Shown here piece by piece: positions 1-7,448 of a stretch of DNA of 20,176 nucleotides. The notes below the pieces were generated by a model that did not search any database, was not told where the DNA came from, and was given only the letters and a program-made list of their open reading frames with translations. The position numbers and the translations under genes were made by a program. The stretch is from an uncultured Rhodopirellula sp. (GTDB lineage Bacteria > Planctomycetota > Planctomycetia > Pirellulales > Pirellulaceae), in the NCBI GenBank assembly GCA_964007735.1, contig CAXGAI010000018.1, forward strand, positions 62,001-82,176, written 5' to 3'. Within the stretch, counting starts at the first letter, position 1. The number at the start of each line of letters is the position of its first letter.

Positions 1-1
1 A

Positions 2-214
2 GTGGTTTTGACGTCCCACGGGATGTTGGGAGGGCGGATCCTGGAAGAGCCTGCGGGCGAGGGTGGTTTCACCTATGATTACGTGTTCTTTGAAGAGAAG
101 TCGGGTTGCACTCTGGCTGAAATGCCAACATATGCGGTGGATCGGCTTAGCCATCGTGCGAAGGCTGTTCGAGAAATCAAGAACGATTTACTAAGGTTGC
201 TGAAAGAAGACTAG
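2..214 (+). CDS. rdgB: C-terminal fragment of an RdgB/HAM1-family non-canonical purine NTP pyrophosphatase (divergent); truncated by the window edge
   Basis: Contains G-x-I-x-x-E-P-x-G-x-G-G-F-x-Y-D, T-x-A-E-M and the terminal SHRAKA signature of the ITPase/HAM1 family. Stop is TAG at 212-214. The ORF-track start is a window-edge artefact. Confidence 0.85.
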   Translation: MVLTSHGMLGGRILEEPAGEGGFTYDYVFFEEKSGCTLAEMPTYAVDRLSHRAKAVREIKNDLLRLLKED

Positions 215-261
215 CACCGCTGCAGACAGGCAAACCAATGAGGAGCCGTCATGTTCATAGC

Positions 262-2766
262 TCAGAGGATGGCGAGTGGGTTTCGGTCATGCTCAAGCGT
301 GCCGCGTGTGATTCCAACGCGGTTCATCGCATGAAGTGACTTCCACACCTGAGTACCTGTTTGAGTTCCATTAAGGAGGGCTTGATATTGCCCGTAAAGA
401 GTTTGCACTTGTTCGACCCGCGTTTCTCGCAATAGCTCGATTCGGAAACTGGAGATGCCAAGTTGGATTAAGTGGGGAACCATCTCAGCACCGCTCTGTG
501 CCTGGGAATTGAAAAGTGTGTTTCGGCACCCCACGTCGGCAGTTAACGGGTGTAGTGCTCCGACGCGGTCTCTTAGTTCAACCTGGTGATGGTCGCAGGG
601 ACGACCACAGTTGGTTTTATCCGTACCTGGTGAAAGGACACTACAAAATACACAATGTTCCATATGGAACATCGGCATGTGTTGGTGAATCACTATTTGT
701 AGATCTAACGGTTGGCAATGGCGAACGAGAGTTTCTAGTTGGTCTCGGTTAAGGTCATACGAGGGAGTGATGAGTTCTACACCTAAAGACTTAAGAACGT
801 TGACCGTCATTTGATTAGTCGCATTAAGAGAGAAATCGCCTGTCAGAGCGAATTCGTCGCGGAAGTATTCGATTCCGGCGAGGTTTCGAACGAGGATGCC
901 GTCAGGTAATTGTTTGGCAATTGTCCTGAAGATTCCGACTTCGGCAGGTTTTTGTATTCGTGGTGTCGCCAAAAAAAGTTTGAACGAGGCATCTTTAGCA
1001 ATCTTCACGGCTTCACCGTAATCTCGGATGTCCTGAAAATCACAGTAGACGGTCTCAATATCTAGTTGCTTGAGAAAGGAGAGCTGTTCCTTATTTCGAG
1101 CTAAAACTGATAGTTTTGGTTTTGCTGGTTTCGTTGGTACGGCGGTACTTATTTTGGGGAGGTAATCTATTTCCAGCTTCCTTCGCGTTGGAAGCTGGAT
1201 CATTTGTTGGTCTAGTGCTGCTGTAAGTCGTTTGCGTAGCTCTCCCAAAACGCTTAAAGGCACCATGGGCTTGCCGGTGATCCTGCTATGGCAATTTACG
1301 AGTTGGTAACGAGTGTTACCCAGACGTCCGAGTTGTTTTTCAATCTGTTCTGCTGTAATGGTGTGCTTTCGGGCTGCTTCGAGGATATGCTCTGATTCAA
1401 TAGTGAAATCAGGCCGCTCTGGAAGTGATGCGGTGATGGAAATTGGTTCTCCGGTTGTCGCCGTGACTTTGACTGAAAGTGAGACTTTGCGGCGAGGGTA
1501 TTTGGTTTGGAAGCTCTTTCGGAGAGATTTTGTCAGTGCTTGATCGTCAGTCTTCCAGAATTCCAGAGTCTCAGTGAGTTGTTCAAAGTCGATGGCATCA
1601 CGCAGAAAGCGCAATTCAATTTGTCCCGGCGGAACATCCCCTTGCTGGCGTCTGCCATTTTGAAGGATTTCAAAAATTCTTCCGCCCTGTTCCGCCTGTT
1701 GTGTACGGTCGCCGGCAAAGACAATCCCATCGCCTGCTTTCAAAGGAATCGTGGATTTGACAATCACACTGTCAGAAAGAATTTTAAGGGCTGTTCCTGC
1801 GGAGACTCCTCGTTTAGAGGAACTCATGCCCGGGACGAGCATTTTGTGATCGCAGCCTTCAAGCCATCCCGGGGAAAAGCCTCTTGAAAAAGAAAGTTCC
1901 ATATTGCGAACTTCTTCTTTCGACAGTGCCACCAGCCTGTCCGATACTGCCTGATCGATTGCCTTGCGATAATGTTTCGTGATATTGGCAACGTACTCTG
2001 GTGTTTTGAGCCGTCCTTCGATTTTTAGAGAGACGACGCCGGCGGCGATCATCTCAGGTATTAAATCGAAGGCTGCGAGGTCCTGAGGACTAAGCAGATA
2101 TTTTTGATCTTGAAGGTCTATATCCGAGCCGTCGCAGACGATTTCATAAGGGAGCCTACATGCTTGCGCGCATTGCCCGCGGTTGGCACTCCTCCCGCCA
2201 AGGGATTCACTTGTCAGGCATTGGCCACTATACGCGACACATAGCGCTCCATGTACAAAGGCCTCGATTGGCATGTCTGTAAGCGTATTGGTCTTGGCGA
2301 TCTCCGCAATAGATAGTTCTCGGGCAACCACAACCCGTTCCACCCCCATATTTAAAAGGGGAGAGATGGTTTCGGCGCTCGTCATCGTCATTTGGGTAGA
2401 TGCATGAATGGGCAGATCCGGGCAGATGGTGTGAACCATGTGAAGCAGACCAAGGTCCTGGATGAGGACGGCATCGACGCCGGCGTCATTAATCGTGCGT
2501 ACGATGGACTCTAGTTGCGCAATTTCTTCAGGAAAGACGAGCGTATTTAAGGTTACATAGCCCTTGACATTTGCTTGGTGCAGAAGCGTCATGCATCGCT
2601 GAAGTTCCTGCAGGTCAAAGTTGGCTGCCCTGGCACGCGCATTAAAGCCTGTTGCCAGCCCAAAATAGACGGCATCCGCGCCGTTTTCGATGGCTGCCTG
2701 CATGCAATCGTAGTTGCCCGCCGGCGCGAGTAGTTCGGGGATTTGAAGTGGTGTTTTCAACGTCAT
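262..2766 (-). CDS. rlhA: U32-family protein with a central DUF3656-like region and a second C-terminal U32-like domain; likely RlhA-type prephenate/Fe-S-dependent RNA hydroxylase
   Basis: N-terminal PELLAPAG, GADAVYFG, FNARARA, HASTQM, ARELS, EAFVHGALCVAYSGQC...SANRGQCAQACR and LKIEGRLK. DUF3656-like KQLGRLGNT region. C-terminal GDFSLN...TPSYDLN...HMEHCVFC...NCGRPC. The rlhA call is inferred from architecture only. Confidence 0.8.
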   Translation of the reverse strand: MTLKTPLQIPELLAPAGNYDCMQAAIENGADAVYFGLATGFNARARAANFDLQELQRCMTLLHQANVKGYVTLNTLVFPEEIAQLESIVRTINDAGVDAVLIQDLGLLHMVHTICPDLPIHASTQMTMTSAETISPLLNMGVERVVVARELSIAEIAKTNTLTDMPIEAFVHGALCVAYSGQCLTSESLGGRSANRGQCAQACRLPYEIVCDGSDIDLQDQKYLLSPQDLAAFDLIPEMIAAGVVSLKIEGRLKTPEYVANITKHYRKAIDQAVSDRLVALSKEEVRNMELSFSRGFSPGWLEGCDHKMLVPGMSSSKRGVSAGTALKILSDSVIVKSTIPLKAGDGIVFAGDRTQQAEQGGRIFEILQNGRRQQGDVPPGQIELRFLRDAIDFEQLTETLEFWKTDDQALTKSLRKSFQTKYPRRKVSLSVKVTATTGEPISITASLPERPDFTIESEHILEAARKHTITAEQIEKQLGRLGNTRYQLVNCHSRITGKPMVPLSVLGELRKRLTAALDQQMIQLPTRRKLEIDYLPKISTAVPTKPAKPKLSVLARNKEQLSFLKQLDIETVYCDFQDIRDYGEAVKIAKDASFKLFLATPRIQKPAEVGIFRTIAKQLPDGILVRNLAGIEYFRDEFALTGDFSLNATNQMTVNVLKSLGVELITPSYDLNRDQLETLVRHCQPLDLQIVIHQHMPMFHMEHCVFCSVLSPGTDKTNCGRPCDHHQVELRDRVGALHPLTADVGCRNTLFNSQAQSGAEMVPHLIQLGISSFRIELLRETRVEQVQTLYGQYQALLNGTQTGTQVWKSLHAMNRVGITRGTLEHDRNPLAIL

Positions 2767-2938
2767 CCAGTCTGTAGAGTTCCAAATTAATTATTCCCTA
2801 TATTTTTGATGACGGGACTTTTCTTTTTATTTAATTCCCTCATCTTAAGGCTGGTCGTGCAGGATCTCGATTATCGACCGGTCCGGGTAGGACCAGGGGT
2901 TGTCGCGTCGAGGTACGGACCATCCTCCTGCAGAATGT

Positions 2939-2966
2939 TTGTCGGAAGCAGGGAATGGCTTACACT
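2939..2966 (+). promoter_or_regulatory. Possible sigma70-type promoter for the enolase-superfamily/gabD genes
   Basis: TTGTCG (2939-2944), 16-nt spacer, TACACT (2961-2966), about 40 nt upstream of the ATG at 3006. Pattern match only. Confidence 0.3.
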
Positions 2967-3005
2967 AGAGCTGGAAACTAATTGTCCCGCTGAATAGAAG
3001 AAACG

Positions 3006-4103
3006 ATGAAAATTACAGGATTGACCACCTATCGTAAACATATAGATCTCAAAGACTCACACAAGATGCGTTCGGCACTGGGAGTGAATCACGGGAATGA
3101 GTTTGTGGTTATCCGTCTGCATACGGATGAAGGAATAGATGGATTGGGCGAAGCAACCATCACAGTGCGTTGGAGCGGAGAGGTGCCCGCTGGTTGTGAA
3201 CAGGTCCTAAATGAGGTTCTACAACCTGCAGTGATTGGTCTCGAGATAGGTGATTTTGACGAACTTAATTGTCGTCTCGATGCGGTTTGCAGTCGAAACT
3301 GGTTTGCCAAAAGCGCCATTGAAATGGCATGCTGGGATGCTCTCGGAAAAGCTCAGGAAAAACCCGTCTATGAATTATTAGGGGGAGCGGTTCGTCCTCT
3401 TCGATTTGAAAGTAGATTTTCGCTGGGAGCTTATACGGAGGAACACGCCAGACAGCGTGCCGAAGAGCTGGTGAGTTGGGGCTTTCGAACGATCAAGGTG
3501 AAGGTTGGCACCGTACCGGAAGAAGATGTCGCCCGCGTTCGGGCGGTGAGGGAAGTGATTGGTTTTGATCGTGATCTTGTCATTGATGCGAATTGTGGAT
3601 GGGATGTAGGAACAGCGATTGATTGTGTCCAACAGTTAGAGGATTGTCGTCTGGACCTAGTGGAGCAGCCCACTCCGGATGGCGATTATAGAGGGATGGC
3701 AAGGTTCCGATGTGAGACGGGTGTTAAAGTGCTTGCAGATGATATTTGTTTTGATCTGGCACATGCCAAGGAGTTGATCGACCACGATGCCTGCGATGCA
3801 ATCAGCGTCTATCCAGGAAAGAACGGTGGTATTAGCCGTAGTGTTGAAATTTTGGATTATGCACAAAAGCATGGTGTCGCCTGTTCGATCGGATCAAATT
3901 TGGAATGGGACATCGCGATTAGTGCGATGGCCCATCTGGTTGTCGCTCATCCGAATGTAAAGGTGGAAGAGTATCCCGGAGATGTATTAGGACCGACGTA
4001 TTATTCCGAGCGTATTGTGAGTAATCCGGTCGAAATAATGGGGCCCTATACGACAACCTCGAATGGTCCCGGGTTGGGTGTGGGCGAGTTGTTGATCAGG
4101 TGA
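3006..4103 (+). CDS. Enolase-superfamily enzyme, muconate-lactonizing enzyme (MLE) subgroup; function unassigned
   Basis: Capping-domain GIDGLGEA and AIEMACWDALGK...PVYELLGG. K-x-K motif (K164, K166). Metal ligands D194 (IDANCGW), E220 (VEQP) and D245 (LADD). C-terminal GPGLGV. Confidence 0.9.
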   Translation: MKITGLTTYRKHIDLKDSHKMRSALGVNHGNEFVVIRLHTDEGIDGLGEATITVRWSGEVPAGCEQVLNEVLQPAVIGLEIGDFDELNCRLDAVCSRNWFAKSAIEMACWDALGKAQEKPVYELLGGAVRPLRFESRFSLGAYTEEHARQRAEELVSWGFRTIKVKVGTVPEEDVARVRAVREVIGFDRDLVIDANCGWDVGTAIDCVQQLEDCRLDLVEQPTPDGDYRGMARFRCETGVKVLADDICFDLAHAKELIDHDACDAISVYPGKNGGISRSVEILDYAQKHGVACSIGSNLEWDIAISAMAHLVVAHPNVKVEEYPGDVLGPTYYSERIVSNPVEIMGPYTTTSNGPGLGVGELLIR

Positions 4104-4174
4104 TTGTGCTGTAAGTTAACAACAAGTGTTCCTGGATATACGTAAGAGAGAAAACACAAAGAGGTTTAATCGCA

Positions 4175-5632
4175 ATGTCAGATACTTCGTTCGAAATGAA
4201 AAATAATCAGTTGTATATCAATGGACAGTGGGTGGATGGAGAAACAGATAATACTTACGACGTAATTAACCCGGCGACGGAAGATACCCTGGCGACGATT
4301 GCCTACGGAACTCGGGTGGATGCCAAACAAGCACTCGAAGCGGCCCAGGCTGCCATGCCCGCGTGGCAAGGCCTAACTGTCTATGATCGATCGGTTCGAT
4401 TGAAAAAACTTGCCGATTTGATGCGTGAGCGATGTGATTATTTAGCGGTGGCATTAACGCTTGAGCAGGGCAAGCCTCTGGGCGAATCTCGTGGCGAAAT
4501 TATGGCTTCCGCCGCGACGTTTGAGTGGTTTGCAGAAGAAGCTAAACGCGCTTATGGTCGCACGATTCCCCCGAGTGCCCCCAATAAACGAATCTTTACA
4601 GTACGTCAGCCAGTAGGTGTCGTGGCGGCTGTTTCGCCCTGGAATTTCCCAATTGTCTTGCAGGCTCGAAAGCTTGGCCCAGCACTTGCTGTCGGGTGTA
4701 CCACGGTGTCACGTCCAGCCAGCCAGACGCCATTGAGTCTCATACGCTTATTCGAATTGATGCACGAATGCGACTTTCCCCCGGGGGTTGTTAATTTGTT
4801 GATGGGCCCACCGGCAGAAATGATGGACGAATTTATGGAAAACCGAATCTGCCGTAAGATTTCCTTCACCGGTTCGACGGAAGTCGGTAAGGAACTTATT
4901 CGCCGCTCGGCCGATCAGGTAAAACGTCTCAGTTTGGAATTAGGTGGACACGCTCCGGTTATCATTTTCCCTGACGTCGACATTGAAGCGGTTGCCAAAG
5001 CAAGTGTAATTGGAAAATTTCGTAATAACGGTCAAGTGTGTATTTGCCCGACAAGGTTTTATGCACAGAAGACGGTTCAGGAGGACTTTATTGAGGCTGT
5101 CGTCGAAGAGACTAAAAAACTGGTCCTCGGTAATGGTATGGACGAGGGTGTTCAGATCGGGCCGATGTTTGAAATGCGCGGCGTTGAGAAGACCGACCGT
5201 ATCGTTTCGGATGCTACGAGTAAGGGAGCTCGCTGCCTGCTTGGTGGCAAACGGCCGGAACAATTTGATAAAGGTTTCTTCTATGAGCCTACCGTTTTAA
5301 CGGATGTGACAGCTGATATGGCAATCATGACAGAAGAACCTTTCGGTCCAGTCATGCCGATTCTGGATTTCGATAATATCGATGAAGTCATTGAGAAGGC
5401 AAATGATACGGAGTATGGTCTGGCGGCGTACGTCCTGACGAACGACCTGACGGCGGCGTTCAAAATGGCAGAAGGTCTCGAGTTCGGAACGATCGGTATC
5501 AATGACCCTGTTCCGGCAACGCCGCAGGCGCCTTTTGGAGGTCTGAAAGAATCAGGGATGGGCCGTGAAAATGGTATTGAAGGAATGGATGCGTACTTGG
5601 AGACGAAGAATGTTTCCATCATCCTGCAGTAG
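4175..5632 (+). CDS. gabD: NAD(P)-dependent succinate-semialdehyde dehydrogenase (GabD-like ALDH)
   Basis: EWFAEEAKRAYG, PWNFP, RPASQTP, ISFTGSTEVG, catalytic Glu in LELGGHAP, catalytic Cys in KFRNNGQVC, EEPFGPV, APFGGLKESGMGRE. GAGGT SD-like site upstream. Exact substrate is inferred. Confidence 0.85.
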   Translation: MSDTSFEMKNNQLYINGQWVDGETDNTYDVINPATEDTLATIAYGTRVDAKQALEAAQAAMPAWQGLTVYDRSVRLKKLADLMRERCDYLAVALTLEQGKPLGESRGEIMASAATFEWFAEEAKRAYGRTIPPSAPNKRIFTVRQPVGVVAAVSPWNFPIVLQARKLGPALAVGCTTVSRPASQTPLSLIRLFELMHECDFPPGVVNLLMGPPAEMMDEFMENRICRKISFTGSTEVGKELIRRSADQVKRLSLELGGHAPVIIFPDVDIEAVAKASVIGKFRNNGQVCICPTRFYAQKTVQEDFIEAVVEETKKLVLGNGMDEGVQIGPMFEMRGVEKTDRIVSDATSKGARCLLGGKRPEQFDKGFFYEPTVLTDVTADMAIMTEEPFGPVMPILDFDNIDEVIEKANDTEYGLAAYVLTNDLTAAFKMAEGLEFGTIGINDPVPATPQAPFGGLKESGMGRENGIEGMDAYLETKNVSIILQ

Positions 5633-5634
5633 GG

Positions 5635-6138
5635 TCATACAAGTGTTGACTCAATTGAATTGGCAGTAGCCAGAGTTTGGTAGATGACGCAGTAACGCTC
5701 AGTAAGAGAAATCAGTTTCTCTACCGCTTCGATATCGGTATCCGTCTCCAGATCGAAAAGGAGCCGAATTTGCCTGAAACCGATGGGGGATTCGCGGTCC
5801 ACTCCTAGTGTGCCTTTGAAATCGAGATCTCCTTCGGCCGATATAGTACCTTTGTGAATTTCGATTCCCATGGAGGTGGCGACTGCGGACAGCGTTACGC
5901 CTGCACATCCCACTAACGCTTCCAACAGCATGTCTCCGGAACAGGCCATGGTTCCGTCGCCGCCGGCCGCCTGGTGGAGCCCTGCCTGGACGGTTCCCGT
6001 ATGAGTTGGTATGGTAATCGCGATTTCGGATTGATTGATTTGGCCGAGGACCTTCATGGTGAGGATCCCGGATTCCGGGCTGTCTTTATACTGTTGTTTG
6101 AGAGGGGCCTGTCGATTACGTAAAGTTTCTAGGTCCAT
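5635..6138 (-). CDS. OsmC/Ohr-family protein
   Basis: GGDGTMACSGDMLLEALVGCAGVTL, EGDLDFKGTLGV and TERYCVIYQTL, with the conserved Cys pair. Start placed at the ATG at 6138 (MDLETLR), because the longer ORF from 6210 runs through the divergent AT-rich spacer. Confidence 0.85.
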   Translation of the reverse strand: MDLETLRNRQAPLKQQYKDSPESGILTMKVLGQINQSEIAITIPTHTGTVQAGLHQAAGGDGTMACSGDMLLEALVGCAGVTLSAVATSMGIEIHKGTISAEGDLDFKGTLGVDRESPIGFRQIRLLFDLETDTDIEAVEKLISLTERYCVIYQTLATANSIESTLV

Positions 6139-6209
6139 GTCGGTCTTTGCATAGCTTAAATATGTAAGAATAGTAGTGTTAGCTTTGATTAGTACCATGA
6201 TAGGAAGCA

Positions 6210-7337
6210 ATGATGCAATCCCCTACGATAAGTTATCTGACAAAAGTTCAATTCGGAGTCGGTGCTCTTGGCGATTTACGGGAGGTGATGACTCAAGTGG
6301 GGATCGCTCGGCCATTAGTCGTTACCGATCAACCGCTCGTCGAACTGGGATTCGTTTCTCGGTTGGGGCTTGACTCGCCCGTAGTATTTGCGGACATTCA
6401 GTCCAACCCGACGGAGAGTTCCGTCCTTGCTGGTCTCGAAGTGTATCGTGAACATGGCTGTGATGGATTTCTCGCCTTAGGCGGAGGTTCACCTATTGAT
6501 GCAGCCAAAGCGATGGCGATTCTGGCTACGCATGATATAAAACTCGAAGAGGCGGCCTATATTCGCGGCGGCTTGGAACGGATCACTTCCGATATGCCAC
6601 CGTTAATTGCGATTCCTACCACCGCTGGAACAGGGACTGAAGTTGGGCGCGGTTCTTTGGTGACAATGGAGAGTGGACAGAAATTGGCAATCATTAGCCC
6701 GCATATTATTCCCAACTGGTCGATAGTGGACCCAGAATTGACGCTCAATCTCCCACCGCTGCTAACGGCTGCGACGGGGATGGATGCTCTGAGCCATTGT
6801 ATTGAGACGGCCATTAGTCGGGTTTACAATCCTGTCGCTGAAGCCATTGCTCTGGATGGATTGAAAAGGGGGTGGGACAATTTGAAAATAGCCTTCGAGA
6901 ATCCCTATGATATTGCCGCTCGTACCGAAATGATGATGTGTGCTATGCAGGGCGCATTGTCATTTCAAAAAGGTTTGGGCCTGGTACATTCAATCAGTCA
7001 TCCGCTTGGCGCGATTCAACGCCGCGCCCTACATCATGGAACACTGAATTCGGTACTGATGCCTCACGTCCTGCTCTTTAACGAATCGGGTTGCCGGCTC
7101 GCACTAGATAAGATCGGAGACCAGTTAGGGATTTCAGGTGGCGTGGCAGGAATCGCAAAGGCTTTGACAGACTATAGTGATTCGATGGGGTTACCGCTGA
7201 CTCTCTCTGAAATGGGAGTGGAGAATGATGATTTGATCGGTATAGAGGCATTAGCAGTAGCGGACCACTGTAGCCTGACTAATCCCAGGGACGTTACGCA
7301 GGAAGGCGTCACCGAAGTTTTGAAATCGGCGTTTTAA
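6210..7337 (+). CDS. gbd: Iron-containing alcohol dehydrogenase, 4-hydroxybutyrate dehydrogenase (Gbd)-like
   Basis: SNPTE, ALGGGSPIDAAKA, IPTTAGTGTEVGR, TAATGMDALSHCIE, FQKGLGLVHSISHPLG and LHHGTLN (metal ligands D/H/H/H), ending in DHC..TNP. These motifs match my recollection of Cupriavidus necator Gbd. The start could be the ATG at 6213 (AGGAAG at 6202-6207). Confidence 0.8.
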   Translation: MMQSPTISYLTKVQFGVGALGDLREVMTQVGIARPLVVTDQPLVELGFVSRLGLDSPVVFADIQSNPTESSVLAGLEVYREHGCDGFLALGGGSPIDAAKAMAILATHDIKLEEAAYIRGGLERITSDMPPLIAIPTTAGTGTEVGRGSLVTMESGQKLAIISPHIIPNWSIVDPELTLNLPPLLTAATGMDALSHCIETAISRVYNPVAEAIALDGLKRGWDNLKIAFENPYDIAARTEMMMCAMQGALSFQKGLGLVHSISHPLGAIQRRALHHGTLNSVLMPHVLLFNESGCRLALDKIGDQLGISGGVAGIAKALTDYSDSMGLPLTLSEMGVENDDLIGIEALAVADHCSLTNPRDVTQEGVTEVLKSAF

Positions 7338-7377
7338 TTCGTCCCCCTATTGGTGTTTATCTTTTAGGGACGGGCGC

Positions 7378-7383
7378 TATAAT
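7378..7383 (+). promoter_or_regulatory. Candidate -10 box for the DUF1549/DUF1501 pair
   Basis: Perfect TATAAT 65 nt upstream of the ATG at 7449, in the only spacer ahead of the pair. No convincing -35 seen. Confidence 0.35.
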
Positions 7384-7448
7384 AGTAATGTGCTAATCGC
7401 CGCCGTCTTCTTTTCTTATTATTTTACTTGCTATAGAGGTATCTATAA

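Noticed and set aside
2876..2899. Resemblance of GGTCCGGGTAGGACCAGG to SRP RNA domain IV
   Set aside because: Lacks the GNRA tetraloop and the CAGG/AGCA symmetric-loop signature, so it is not called ffs.
2806..2997. 63-aa ORF in the divergent intergenic region
   Set aside because: No SD or motif, and it would fill the space needed for two divergent promoters. It cannot be supported, though it is not strictly excluded.
3006..4103. Calling the enzyme catB (muconate cycloisomerase) or an Ala-Glu epimerase
   Set aside because: The strand-6 Lys, the MLE general-acid Glu and the epimerase DxD are absent, and there are no catA/catC neighbours.
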